DNA of 48,115 nt, taken from Gemmatimonas aurantiaca. Its GTDB lineage: Bacteria; Gemmatimonadota; Gemmatimonadetes; Gemmatimonadales; Gemmatimonadaceae. The notes beneath the pieces were generated by a model that was not told the DNA's origin, searched no databases, and saw only the letters and a program-made list of their open reading frames with translations. The position numbers and the translations under genes are program-made. The stretch spans positions 1-48,115 of the forward strand of contig JBIQLU010000004.1 of the NCBI GenBank assembly GCA_044463985.1, in the 5' to 3' direction. Below are positions 41,484-48,115 of this stretch, in pieces (the first letter of the stretch is position 1; every line of letters begins with the position of its first letter).

Positions 41484-43994
41484 ATGTTCAAATTGCAGAC
41501 CTTCGGTGGCCTCTCGCTGACGCTCGACGGGCAGCCATCCGATCGCTCGCTGATACAGCGACGACAGTTAGCGCTGCTTGCAGCTCTCGCTTCCGCCGGC
41601 TCTTCCGGGCTGAGTCGCGACAAGCTGGTTGGCCTCATGTGGCCCGACCGCGCTAACGACCGCGCGAGGAATCTTCTGGACCAGGCGCTCTACGCTGCCC
41701 GGCGCGTATGCGGTCAGTCGGTCTTCACGGTCACGCAGACGGCCATTGCACTGAACGCCGCGGTCCTCGCGAGCGACGTCGGGGAGTTCAACGAGGCGAT
41801 CGCTCGTGGAGACGCGGCCGCGGCCGCAGCCATCTACTCCGGACCTTTCCTCGATGGGCTCCTCCTTGCCGACGCGGCGGACTTCGAGCGGTGGGCGAGC
41901 CTGGAGCGCACTCGCTTCGCTCGCGAATACCAGGAGTGTCTCGAGTCGCTTGCGACCGCGGCTGAGGCACAGGAGCAATGGCACGATGCGGTTCGCTGGT
42001 GGCGGCGCGCCGTGGACGCCGATCCGATGGGGAGTCGCGCGGCACGAGGGTTGATCGAGTCGCTCGCGCGAAGCGGCGATCGTGTCGGGGCTCTGGAGTT
42101 CGCGCGCGTGCATGCGGCGCTCGTGAGGCAGGAGCTGGGCGCCGAGGTCGATGCCCGGATCGCTTCTCTGGTGGACGCGGTACGCGCGGGCGAGCTCCCG
42201 ACTGTGGCTCGCCCGGCGCGCGCGCCGGCAAACGTGAGTGGAATCGGGAATCGATCCGCTTCCTCTGCTCCCGCCGTAGGAGGTCCACCTTCGGTGTACT
42301 CGGGCGGGTCCGGAACGAAGCCAGTGGCTGGATCCGACTCGCAGCAGGCCGGAGCGCCGTCCTCGACGGAGCTGGTCGTGCGGCCGGAACACGCCGTGCT
42401 GCGCGAGGCGGATTCGGAGGATGGAAATGCAGTAAGTGTCGAGCCTCGTCCGCGCCCCGGGGTATGGCGACGGCTTCGTCCGGCGCTGCTCGCCGCCACC
42501 GCCATCCTGCTCGTGGGCGTCGGTTTACGCTGGTGGAGCAATCATCGCGTTATAGTGGAGACCGATTCTCCGGCGCGGTCGCTTCCTTCGATAGCCGTAC
42601 TCCCGTTCCGCAATCTCGGCACTTCGCCGGCCGACGAGTACTTCTCCGATGGAATGACCGAGGAGATCATCGCCGAGCTCTCGCGTCTGCAGGGAGTGCG
42701 CGTGGTGGCGAGGACATCCTCGTTCGCGTTCAAGTCGAGGCCGATGGACGTGAGGGACATCGGGAGCGCGCTGAACGTCTCGCACATCCTCGAGGGCACG
42801 GTTCGACGAATCGACCCGGCGCCGGGGTCGAAGACCGCGAGGCTGCGCGTGACGGCGGAGCTCGTGGACGCAGCCACCGGCTACCAGATATGGGCCGAGC
42901 AGTTCGATCGCCCGAGCGGCGACGCGCTCGCCATCCAGGATGAGATCTCCGAATCGATAATGCAGTCGCTGCAGCGGGAGTTCGCAGCCGGCGCCCCGGG
43001 GCACGCCACGCACTCGCCGCCTTCGCCCGCGACGTACGATCTCTACCTTCGGGGACGTTACGCGTGGCACCAGCGAACCGCCGAGGGACTGCACCTGGCC
43101 GTGGATCTCTTCTCGCGGGCGATACGCGGCGATCCCGATTACGCATCCGCGTACTCGGCGCTGGGAGCCACCTACGCCGTGCTTCCGCTGTACGATCCAC
43201 ACGCGGGCGTGAGCGAGATGTATCCGCTCGCATACAGCGCAGCCAGTCGGGCACTCGCGCTCGACAGCACGCTCTCGGAGCCGTATGCGGTGCTCGGCCT
43301 TGTGAACGCGCGCCGTTACGAGTGGCGACAGGCGGAGCGTTCGTATCGCCTCGCGCTCGCGCGAAACAGCAACGACGCGACGGCGCATCAGTGGTTCGGC
43401 AAGGCGCTCGCGCACCAGGGTCGCTTCACCGAGGCGGAGGCGGAGATGCGCCGCGCGCTGGATCTCGATCCGCTGTCGGCCGTGACCCGATACAACCTGG
43501 GGCAGGTGCTGTACGGCGAGGGACGGCTCGAGGACGCGGCCTCGGAACTCATGCGGGCGATCGAGACCGCTCCGACCCTGCGCGCGGCGCACGCCACGCT
43601 CGGCTACGTACGTCTGAGCCAGGGGCGAGCCGACGCTGCGCTACGCGAGTTCGAGTTGGCGGCGGGTCCGGCGGAAGGGCGGGCAGGCTCCGACATCGCG
43701 GTGCTGGCCTATGGCTACGCATCCGCGGGTGAGCCCGATACGGCTTCGAGGCTGCTGACGGCGGCGCTTCGGGTTCGCGCGGCCGACCCCTCGACAGCGG
43801 CGGGCACTTCCGCGTCCGACATCGCGATAGCGTACATGGCACTGGGTGCGAGAGACTCTGCCTTCGTCTGGCTCGAGCGGGCGCGCACGGAGTACGATTC
43901 GGATCTGCAGGCGTTCTTCGCCAGTCCGGTGCTCGACCCGCTCCGCCAGGACCCTCGCTATCTCGAATTGCGCCGGCGTATGAACCTTCCCTGA
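41484..43994 (+). CDS. Membrane-anchored SARP/BTAD-type transcriptional regulator with an extracytoplasmic TolB-N-like segment and TPR repeats
   Basis: ORF 41463..43994. ATG 41484 follows GGAGCAGA. The N-terminus has a winged helix plus BTAD (FGGLSLTLDG, RRQLALLAAL, GPFLDGL, ERTRF). One TM segment is present (ALLAATAILLVGVGLRWW). It is followed by IAVLPFRNLGTSPADEYFSDGMTEEII and C-terminal TPRs. Confidence 0.85.
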   Translation: MFKLQTFGGLSLTLDGQPSDRSLIQRRQLALLAALASAGSSGLSRDKLVGLMWPDRANDRARNLLDQALYAARRVCGQSVFTVTQTAIALNAAVLASDVGEFNEAIARGDAAAAAAIYSGPFLDGLLLADAADFERWASLERTRFAREYQECLESLATAAEAQEQWHDAVRWWRRAVDADPMGSRAARGLIESLARSGDRVGALEFARVHAALVRQELGAEVDARIASLVDAVRAGELPTVARPARAPANVSGIGNRSASSAPAVGGPPSVYSGGSGTKPVAGSDSQQAGAPSSTELVVRPEHAVLREADSEDGNAVSVEPRPRPGVWRRLRPALLAATAILLVGVGLRWWSNHRVIVETDSPARSLPSIAVLPFRNLGTSPADEYFSDGMTEEIIAELSRLQGVRVVARTSSFAFKSRPMDVRDIGSALNVSHILEGTVRRIDPAPGSKTARLRVTAELVDAATGYQIWAEQFDRPSGDALAIQDEISESIMQSLQREFAAGAPGHATHSPPSPATYDLYLRGRYAWHQRTAEGLHLAVDLFSRAIRGDPDYASAYSALGATYAVLPLYDPHAGVSEMYPLAYSAASRALALDSTLSEPYAVLGLVNARRYEWRQAERSYRLALARNSNDATAHQWFGKALAHQGRFTEAEAEMRRALDLDPLSAVTRYNLGQVLYGEGRLEDAASELMRAIETAPTLRAAHATLGYVRLSQGRADAALREFELAAGPAEGRAGSDIAVLAYGYASAGEPDTASRLLTAALRVRAADPSTAAGTSASDIAIAYMALGARDSAFVWLERARTEYDSDLQAFFASPVLDPLRQDPRYLELRRRMNLP

Positions 43995-44031
43995 AGGTTG
44001 GCGGCGCGGCGGGGCGGCGCGGGGCGGCCGG

Positions 44032-44067
44032 ACGGTACCAGGTACCGTTTTCGGTACCAGGTACCGT
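44032..44067 (+). terminator. Tandem pair of self-complementary 16-17-nt units built from KpnI-site palindromes; probable intrinsic terminator or repeat element
   Basis: ACGGTACCAGGTACCGT (44032-44048), then TTT, then CGGTACCAGGTACCGT (44052-44067). Each unit is an inverted repeat, and the two units can also pair with each other. The element lies 38 nt after the regulator's stop. The first unit is followed by TTTT. Confidence 0.45.
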
Positions 44068-44162
44068 CTTCGTCATGGGTGCCTTTTCAGCCCATGGTTT
44101 AGTATCCTTTTTGGTATGCCACGAGAGTAGCCGCAACCCTTCTCCTCCGACTCCCCACTCCC

Positions 44163-46046
44163 ATGCCACCCGCCCGATTCTCCCGCAGGGCATTCGTACC
44201 TCTCGCCCTTCTGATCCTCGCCGCTTCCACGGCCAGGCTCGCGCAGGCGCAGCAACCGGATCCAGCAGCGGCCTTCGACAAGCGGGAAGTCATGATCCCG
44301 ATGCGCGATGGCGTGCGGCTCCATACCACGGTGTTCGTGCCGAAGGAGCATCGCGGCGCTCTCCCGGTGATCCTCACCCGCACTCCGTACGGGATCGCCA
44401 ACGCCGATCGCAACTTCGCCGGCTACTACAGGACGCTGGCGGAGGACGGCTACATCTTCGTGTTCCAGGACATCCGCGGCCGCTTCGGCTCGGAGGGGAA
44501 GTTCGTGATGCAGCGTCCTGTACGCGATACCACGGATCACAAAGCGATCGACGAAAGCACGGATACCTACGACACGATCGACTGGGTACTGAAGAACGTG
44601 GCGGGCAACAACGGGCGTGTCGGAATGCTGGGCATTTCCTATCCGGGGTGGCTCACCGTGATGGCGATGCTCGATCCGCATCCCGCGCTCGCCGCGGTGT
44701 CGCCGCAGGCATCGCCCGCCGACATGTTTCTCGGCGACGACTTCCATCACAATGGCGCCTTCAGGCTGAGCTACGGCTTCGAGTACGCCGCGATGATGGA
44801 GACTTCGAAGGAGAGCGACCAGTTCTCCTTCGATCGCTATGACACGTACGACTGGTATCTGGACCTCGGCCCGCTCTCGAACGTCAACGCGAAATACCTG
44901 AAGGGGAAGATCCCGACCTGGAACGACTACGTCGAGCATCCCGACTACGACGAGTTCTGGCAGAAGCAGACGATGGTGCCGTATCTCACCCGTGTCACGG
45001 TGCCCACGTTGAACGTCGCCGGCTGGTGGGACCAGGAAGACTTCTACGGACCGATAAAGATCTACGAGACGCTGGAGAAGCACGACAGCCTCGATCTCAA
45101 CTACCTCGTGGTCGGACCGTGGAACCACGGCGGATGGGCGCGGGCGGACGGGAGCAAGCTGGGCGACATCAGCTTCGGAAGTCCGACGTCGAAGTACTTC
45201 CAGGAAAGCATCCTCGCTCCATGGTTCCATCACTTCCTGAAGGACCCGACCGGCACGAAGCTCGACATTCCGGAGGCGCGCACGTTCGAGGCGGGGAGCA
45301 ACGTGTGGAAGTCGTGGAACACGTGGCCGCCCAAGGCGAATACGACGGCGCGGAGCCTGTACTTCCACGCGAACGAGGAGCTCTCGTTCTCGCCGCCTTC
45401 CGGCGAGAAGAACGACCGCACCGCCGACAGTTACGTGTCCGACCCCGCGCATCCGGTGCCGTATCGCCACCGGCCCATACAGGCCACGTATTTCCCGCAC
45501 GGCTCCAACTGGTACACGTGGCTTCTGGAGGACCAGCGTTTCGTGGATGATCGCGACGACGTGCTGAGTTGGGAGACGTCGCCGTTGCAGGACGATGTGA
45601 CGATCGCGGGCGACGTCATCGCCAATCTCTTCGTCTCCACCACCGGCAGCGATGCGGATTTCGTGGTCAAGCTGATCGATGTCTATCCCGAGGAGTATCC
45701 CGCCGACTGGTCGCTGTCGGGGTGGCAGCTCATGGTCTCGAACGAGGTCTTCCGGGCGCGGTATCGTGACAGCTTCGAGAAGCCGAAGCCGCTCTCACCC
45801 GACCAGGTGACGCCGCTCGAGATCGGTCTCCACACGCAGAATTACACCTTCAGGAAGGGACACCGGATCATGGTGCAGGTGCAGAGCAGCTGGTTCCCGA
45901 TCATCGACCGGAATCCCCAGACGTTCGTCCCCAACATCTTCGAGGCGAAGGCGTCGGACTACCGCAAGGCCACGCAGAGCGTCTATCGCTCCGCGCGCTA
46001 TCCCTCGCACGTCACGGTCTCGGTGGTGGGACCAGTGCACCCCTAG
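44163..46046 (+). CDS. CocE/NonD family hydrolase (S15 X-Pro dipeptidyl-peptidase-like), secreted
   Basis: A 627-aa ORF with a signal peptide, FVPLALLILAASTARLAQAQ. Family motifs present: MRDGVRLHT, LTRTPYG, YIFVFQDIRGRFGSEG, GISYPGW. The C-terminal beta-sandwich has GHRIMVQVQSSWFP. Confidence 0.9.
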   Translation: MPPARFSRRAFVPLALLILAASTARLAQAQQPDPAAAFDKREVMIPMRDGVRLHTTVFVPKEHRGALPVILTRTPYGIANADRNFAGYYRTLAEDGYIFVFQDIRGRFGSEGKFVMQRPVRDTTDHKAIDESTDTYDTIDWVLKNVAGNNGRVGMLGISYPGWLTVMAMLDPHPALAAVSPQASPADMFLGDDFHHNGAFRLSYGFEYAAMMETSKESDQFSFDRYDTYDWYLDLGPLSNVNAKYLKGKIPTWNDYVEHPDYDEFWQKQTMVPYLTRVTVPTLNVAGWWDQEDFYGPIKIYETLEKHDSLDLNYLVVGPWNHGGWARADGSKLGDISFGSPTSKYFQESILAPWFHHFLKDPTGTKLDIPEARTFEAGSNVWKSWNTWPPKANTTARSLYFHANEELSFSPPSGEKNDRTADSYVSDPAHPVPYRHRPIQATYFPHGSNWYTWLLEDQRFVDDRDDVLSWETSPLQDDVTIAGDVIANLFVSTTGSDADFVVKLIDVYPEEYPADWSLSGWQLMVSNEVFRARYRDSFEKPKPLSPDQVTPLEIGLHTQNYTFRKGHRIMVQVQSSWFPIIDRNPQTFVPNIFEAKASDYRKATQSVYRSARYPSHVTVSVVGPVHP

Positions 46047-47266
46047 GCGAGTGCGCGCGATGCGACTCGCGCGCTCTCGGCAAGCACGGCGGCGCCGACG
46101 AAGATGCTTTCCTCGGCCGCATGGAAGCGGGGCGAGTGGGCGGGGATCTGCTCACCGCCCCGTTCGCGCGCGCCTATGCGCATGAAGCATCCCGGAATTC
46201 GCTCCATGTAGTGCGCGAAATCCTCGCCGCCCATGTTCAGTGTCCCGAGCGGTACCACTCCGCTCTCACCGAGTACCGACACGGCTGCTTCGCGCGCCCA
46301 CCCGGCCGCATTCGCCGGATTCACGATCGGCGGCGGTCCCAGCGTGAGATCGACCCTGGCTTGCAGGCCGTACACCGCGGCGATGGTCTGTGTGATGCGG
46401 CGCAACTCCTCGTGCACGAAACGGCGAGTGTCGGGGTCCACCGAGCGAATCGTGCCCGACAGAGTCGCTTTACCCGGTATCACGTTGTGCGCCGAGCCGG
46501 CGTGGATCGTTCCGATGGTCACGACAGCGGGGATCGCCGGATTGAGACGTCGCGACACGATGGTCTGCAGCGCGCCGATCAGCGCTCCGGCGCCTATGAT
46601 GGGATCGGACGACTCGTGCGGCCTGGCGCCGTGCGCGCCGGCGCCGGTGAGCTCGATGTCGAACGAGTCCGCTGCGGCGGCGAGCGGACCAGCTTCGGCC
46701 ACCACCTGGCCGACCTCGAAGCGCCGGTCCACGTGTCCGCCGAATATCGCGGCTGCTCCATCGAGCGCACCCGACTCGATTATCACCTGCGCTCCCGCGC
46801 CGGTCTCCTCGGCGGGCTGCAACACCACGATCACATCGCCGAGCGCGGGATCCGCTGCAAGGAGATGCGCGGCGCCCACGGCCCATGTAGCGTGCACGTC
46901 GTGGCCGCACGCGTGCATCACGCCGGCGTTGCGCGAAGCGAAGGGGAGGCCAGTGTCTTCCTGGATCGGAAGCGCGTCGATGTCTCCACGCACGGCAACA
47001 GGCGGCGCGGAAGCGCTGCGGCCACGAATGCGCGCGATCACTCCCACACCCGTAACTCCGTCGGCGGCACCCACGCGAAAGAGCTCCGCCGGTCGCAGAG
47101 TCTCCAGCGCCTCGTAGAGCTTCGTCGCGGTGCGCTCCTCCCGCCGCGAAAGCTCGGGGTTCTCGTGGAGATCGCGTCGGAGCGCCACGAGTTGCGTACG
47201 GAGAGCTTCCGGAAAGAGAGGAGCGAGTCTCTCGAGTGTCGGTGGGGCAGCGGTAATGGCGCTCAT
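46043..47266 (-). CDS. M20 family amidohydrolase (M20D, N-acyl-amino-acid or hippurate hydrolase-like)
   Basis: This is the 3' 1224 nt of ORF 46043..47647, starting at ATG 47266 (MSAITAAPP). Family motifs present: LHENPELS, GDIDALP, MHACGHDVH, QPAEE, GEDF. Confidence 0.9.
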   Translation of the reverse strand: MSAITAAPPTLERLAPLFPEALRTQLVALRRDLHENPELSRREERTATKLYEALETLRPAELFRVGAADGVTGVGVIARIRGRSASAPPVAVRGDIDALPIQEDTGLPFASRNAGVMHACGHDVHATWAVGAAHLLAADPALGDVIVVLQPAEETGAGAQVIIESGALDGAAAIFGGHVDRRFEVGQVVAEAGPLAAAADSFDIELTGAGAHGARPHESSDPIIGAGALIGALQTIVSRRLNPAIPAVVTIGTIHAGSAHNVIPGKATLSGTIRSVDPDTRRFVHEELRRITQTIAAVYGLQARVDLTLGPPPIVNPANAAGWAREAAVSVLGESGVVPLGTLNMGGEDFAHYMERIPGCFMRIGARERGGEQIPAHSPRFHAAEESIFVGAAVLAESARVASRALA

Positions 47267-47432
47267 GCTGTATGGAGGAATAGGGAAGTGACGCCTCGCC
47301 CGACGCACGGCGAGGGCCGTGTGAGGGTTGAACGAGTCTGCAAGCAGGTCGGCGCGATCAGGGGTTGCGCTTCCCGGGCCCCATGCAGGTCTGGACAGCG
47401 CACTTTCTGGAGAGCAATATGCAGCGCGAATC

Positions 47433-47452
47433 GGTACACCGCATCGTACACC
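47433..47452 (+). promoter_or_regulatory. Direct repeat of GTACACC (12-bp period) in the divergent M20/GntR intergenic region; candidate GntR operator
   Basis: GGTACACC at 47433-47440 and CGTACACC at 47445-47452. The first repeat lies inside CGGTacACCG, a GT..AC-type inverted repeat. The site is about 30 nt upstream of the GntR RBS. Confidence 0.25.
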
Positions 47453-47483
47453 AACTGGAGAGCAGATGCTGGAGGTGACGAAG

Positions 47484-48115
47484 ATGTCTTCCGACGGTCG
47501 CCCCGCTGCCACCAAGCGGGCCAGGAGAGGCGATCGGATCGCGCGCACGTACGAACAGTTGCGTGAGCTGATCATCTGGGGCAGGCTCGCCCCGGGTTCC
47601 CGCGTGATCGAGAGCGATATCGCATCCCGGCTCGGAGTCAGTCGCACGCCGGTGCGAAGCGCTCTGCACCGCCTGCAGCAGGAGGGCTACATCTCGAGCA
47701 TCGGCAGGCGAAAGGAGCAACGTCTCGTCATCGCCCCCCTGACCCAGGAGGACGCTCGCGAGCTGTTCGACATCGTCGGTGAGCTCGAGGGGCTCTCCGC
47801 GCGCGGGCTCGCGCTGCGCGAGCCCGAAGCTCGCTCGGCGGTGGTGAGCGAGTTGCGCCAGCTCAACGGGCAGCTCGCGCTCGCAGCCGAGGCGCCGCGT
47901 CCCGATGCTCTCCGGATCTTCGACCTGGATACCACCTTCCACAGACGCTACGTGGAAGGCGGTGCCGGCCCGCGGCTTCTCGCGCTCCACGATGCGGTCA
48001 AACCCCAGGCCGAGCGCTACGTGCGGCTCTACACGAGCGCGCTGGTCGACGAGCTGGCGAAGTCGGTGGAGGAGCACACCGTCATAATCGACCGGATCGA
48101 TTCGGGAAGCGCCGA
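47484..48115 (+). CDS. GntR family (FadR/FCD subfamily) transcriptional regulator; 3'-truncated by the window end
   Basis: This ORF is not in the ORF track because it runs off the window, so I translated it by hand. GGAGGTGA precedes ATG 47484. Translation: MSSDGRPAATKRARRGDRIARTYEQLRELIIWGRLAPGSRVIESDIASRLGVSRTPVRSALHRLQQEGYI, then an FCD-like helical region. The frame stays open to 48115. An alternative in-frame ATG is at 47466. Confidence 0.85.
   Translation, partial: MSSDGRPAATKRARRGDRIARTYEQLRELIIWGRLAPGSRVIESDIASRLGVSRTPVRSALHRLQQEGYISSIGRRKEQRLVIAPLTQEDARELFDIVGELEGLSARGLALREPEARSAVVSELRQLNGQLALAAEAPRPDALRIFDLDTTFHRRYVEGGAGPRLLALHDAVKPQAERYVRLYTSALVDELAKSVEEHTVIIDRIDSGSA

Noticed and set aside
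44073-48077. ORFs 44073..45500 (-), 46121..47566 (+) and 47358..48077 (-)
   Set aside because: These are shadow ORFs opposite the CocE/NonD, M20 and GntR genes respectively. The 47358..48077 ORF is opposite a frame that I translated by hand into a clear GntR HTH.
1-48115. A search for tRNA, rRNA, transposase/integrase, phage, toxin-antitoxin or known defence-system genes
   Set aside because: I saw no cloverleaf-like or rRNA-like segment in the intergenic regions. No ORF had DDE, tyrosine or serine recombinase motifs, or nuclease/ATPase defence signatures. This was a visual scan only; tRNAscan, Infernal and defence-system HMM searches would be decisive.

Overview
This is a high-GC bacterial chromosomal window, about 90% coding. 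I called 38 protein-coding genes. I found no rRNA, tRNA, CRISPR array, transposase, integrase or phage genes. The mix of a SusC/SusD pair, many secreted peptidases and a Sec-type (clade II) nosZ suggests an FCB-group organism, possibly Gemmatimonadota; that is an inference, not a search result.

Layout from left to right:
- 164-9011: a PUL-like locus with a TolB-propeller/PHP hydrolase, an M28 peptidase with an FN3 domain, SusC and SusD.
- 9159-13581: small housekeeping and stress genes (LLM oxidoreductase, zf-UBP, BON, SDR, MerR, cupin, DUF488).
- 13520-33041, all on the minus strand: a ~19.5 kb gene train. In transcription order it reads USP, PNPOx-like, nosZ, nosB-like, nosL, nosD, nosF, nosY, cupredoxin lipoprotein, a His-rich 4-TM protein, an OmpR-type regulator and histidine kinase, czcC/B/A-type RND efflux, a P1B-4-type ATPase and a VirJ/AcvB-like lipoprotein. 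Many junctions overlap by 1-17 nt.
- 33126-48115: M1 peptidase, a small secreted hypothetical protein coupled to a sortilin/BNR protein, a Cys-free DksA-like protein, a Rieske oxygenase, a membrane-anchored BTAD-TPR regulator, a CocE/NonD hydrolase, an M20 amidohydrolase and a partial GntR regulator.

The most interesting observations:
- The nos cluster has no recognisable electron-delivery genes (no nosR/X/G/H and no CXXCH cytochrome). It is followed by a cupredoxin and an uncharacterised His-rich membrane protein.
- The nos cluster appears hard-wired to a divalent-metal efflux determinant.
- A MerR variant with only two cysteines sits upstream of non-mer cargo genes.
- There are several unusual repeat and palindrome elements.

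Gene starts are my own choices, made from RBS, signal-peptide and overlap logic. The ORF track uses ATG, GTG and TTG starts, so its start coordinates are only upper bounds.
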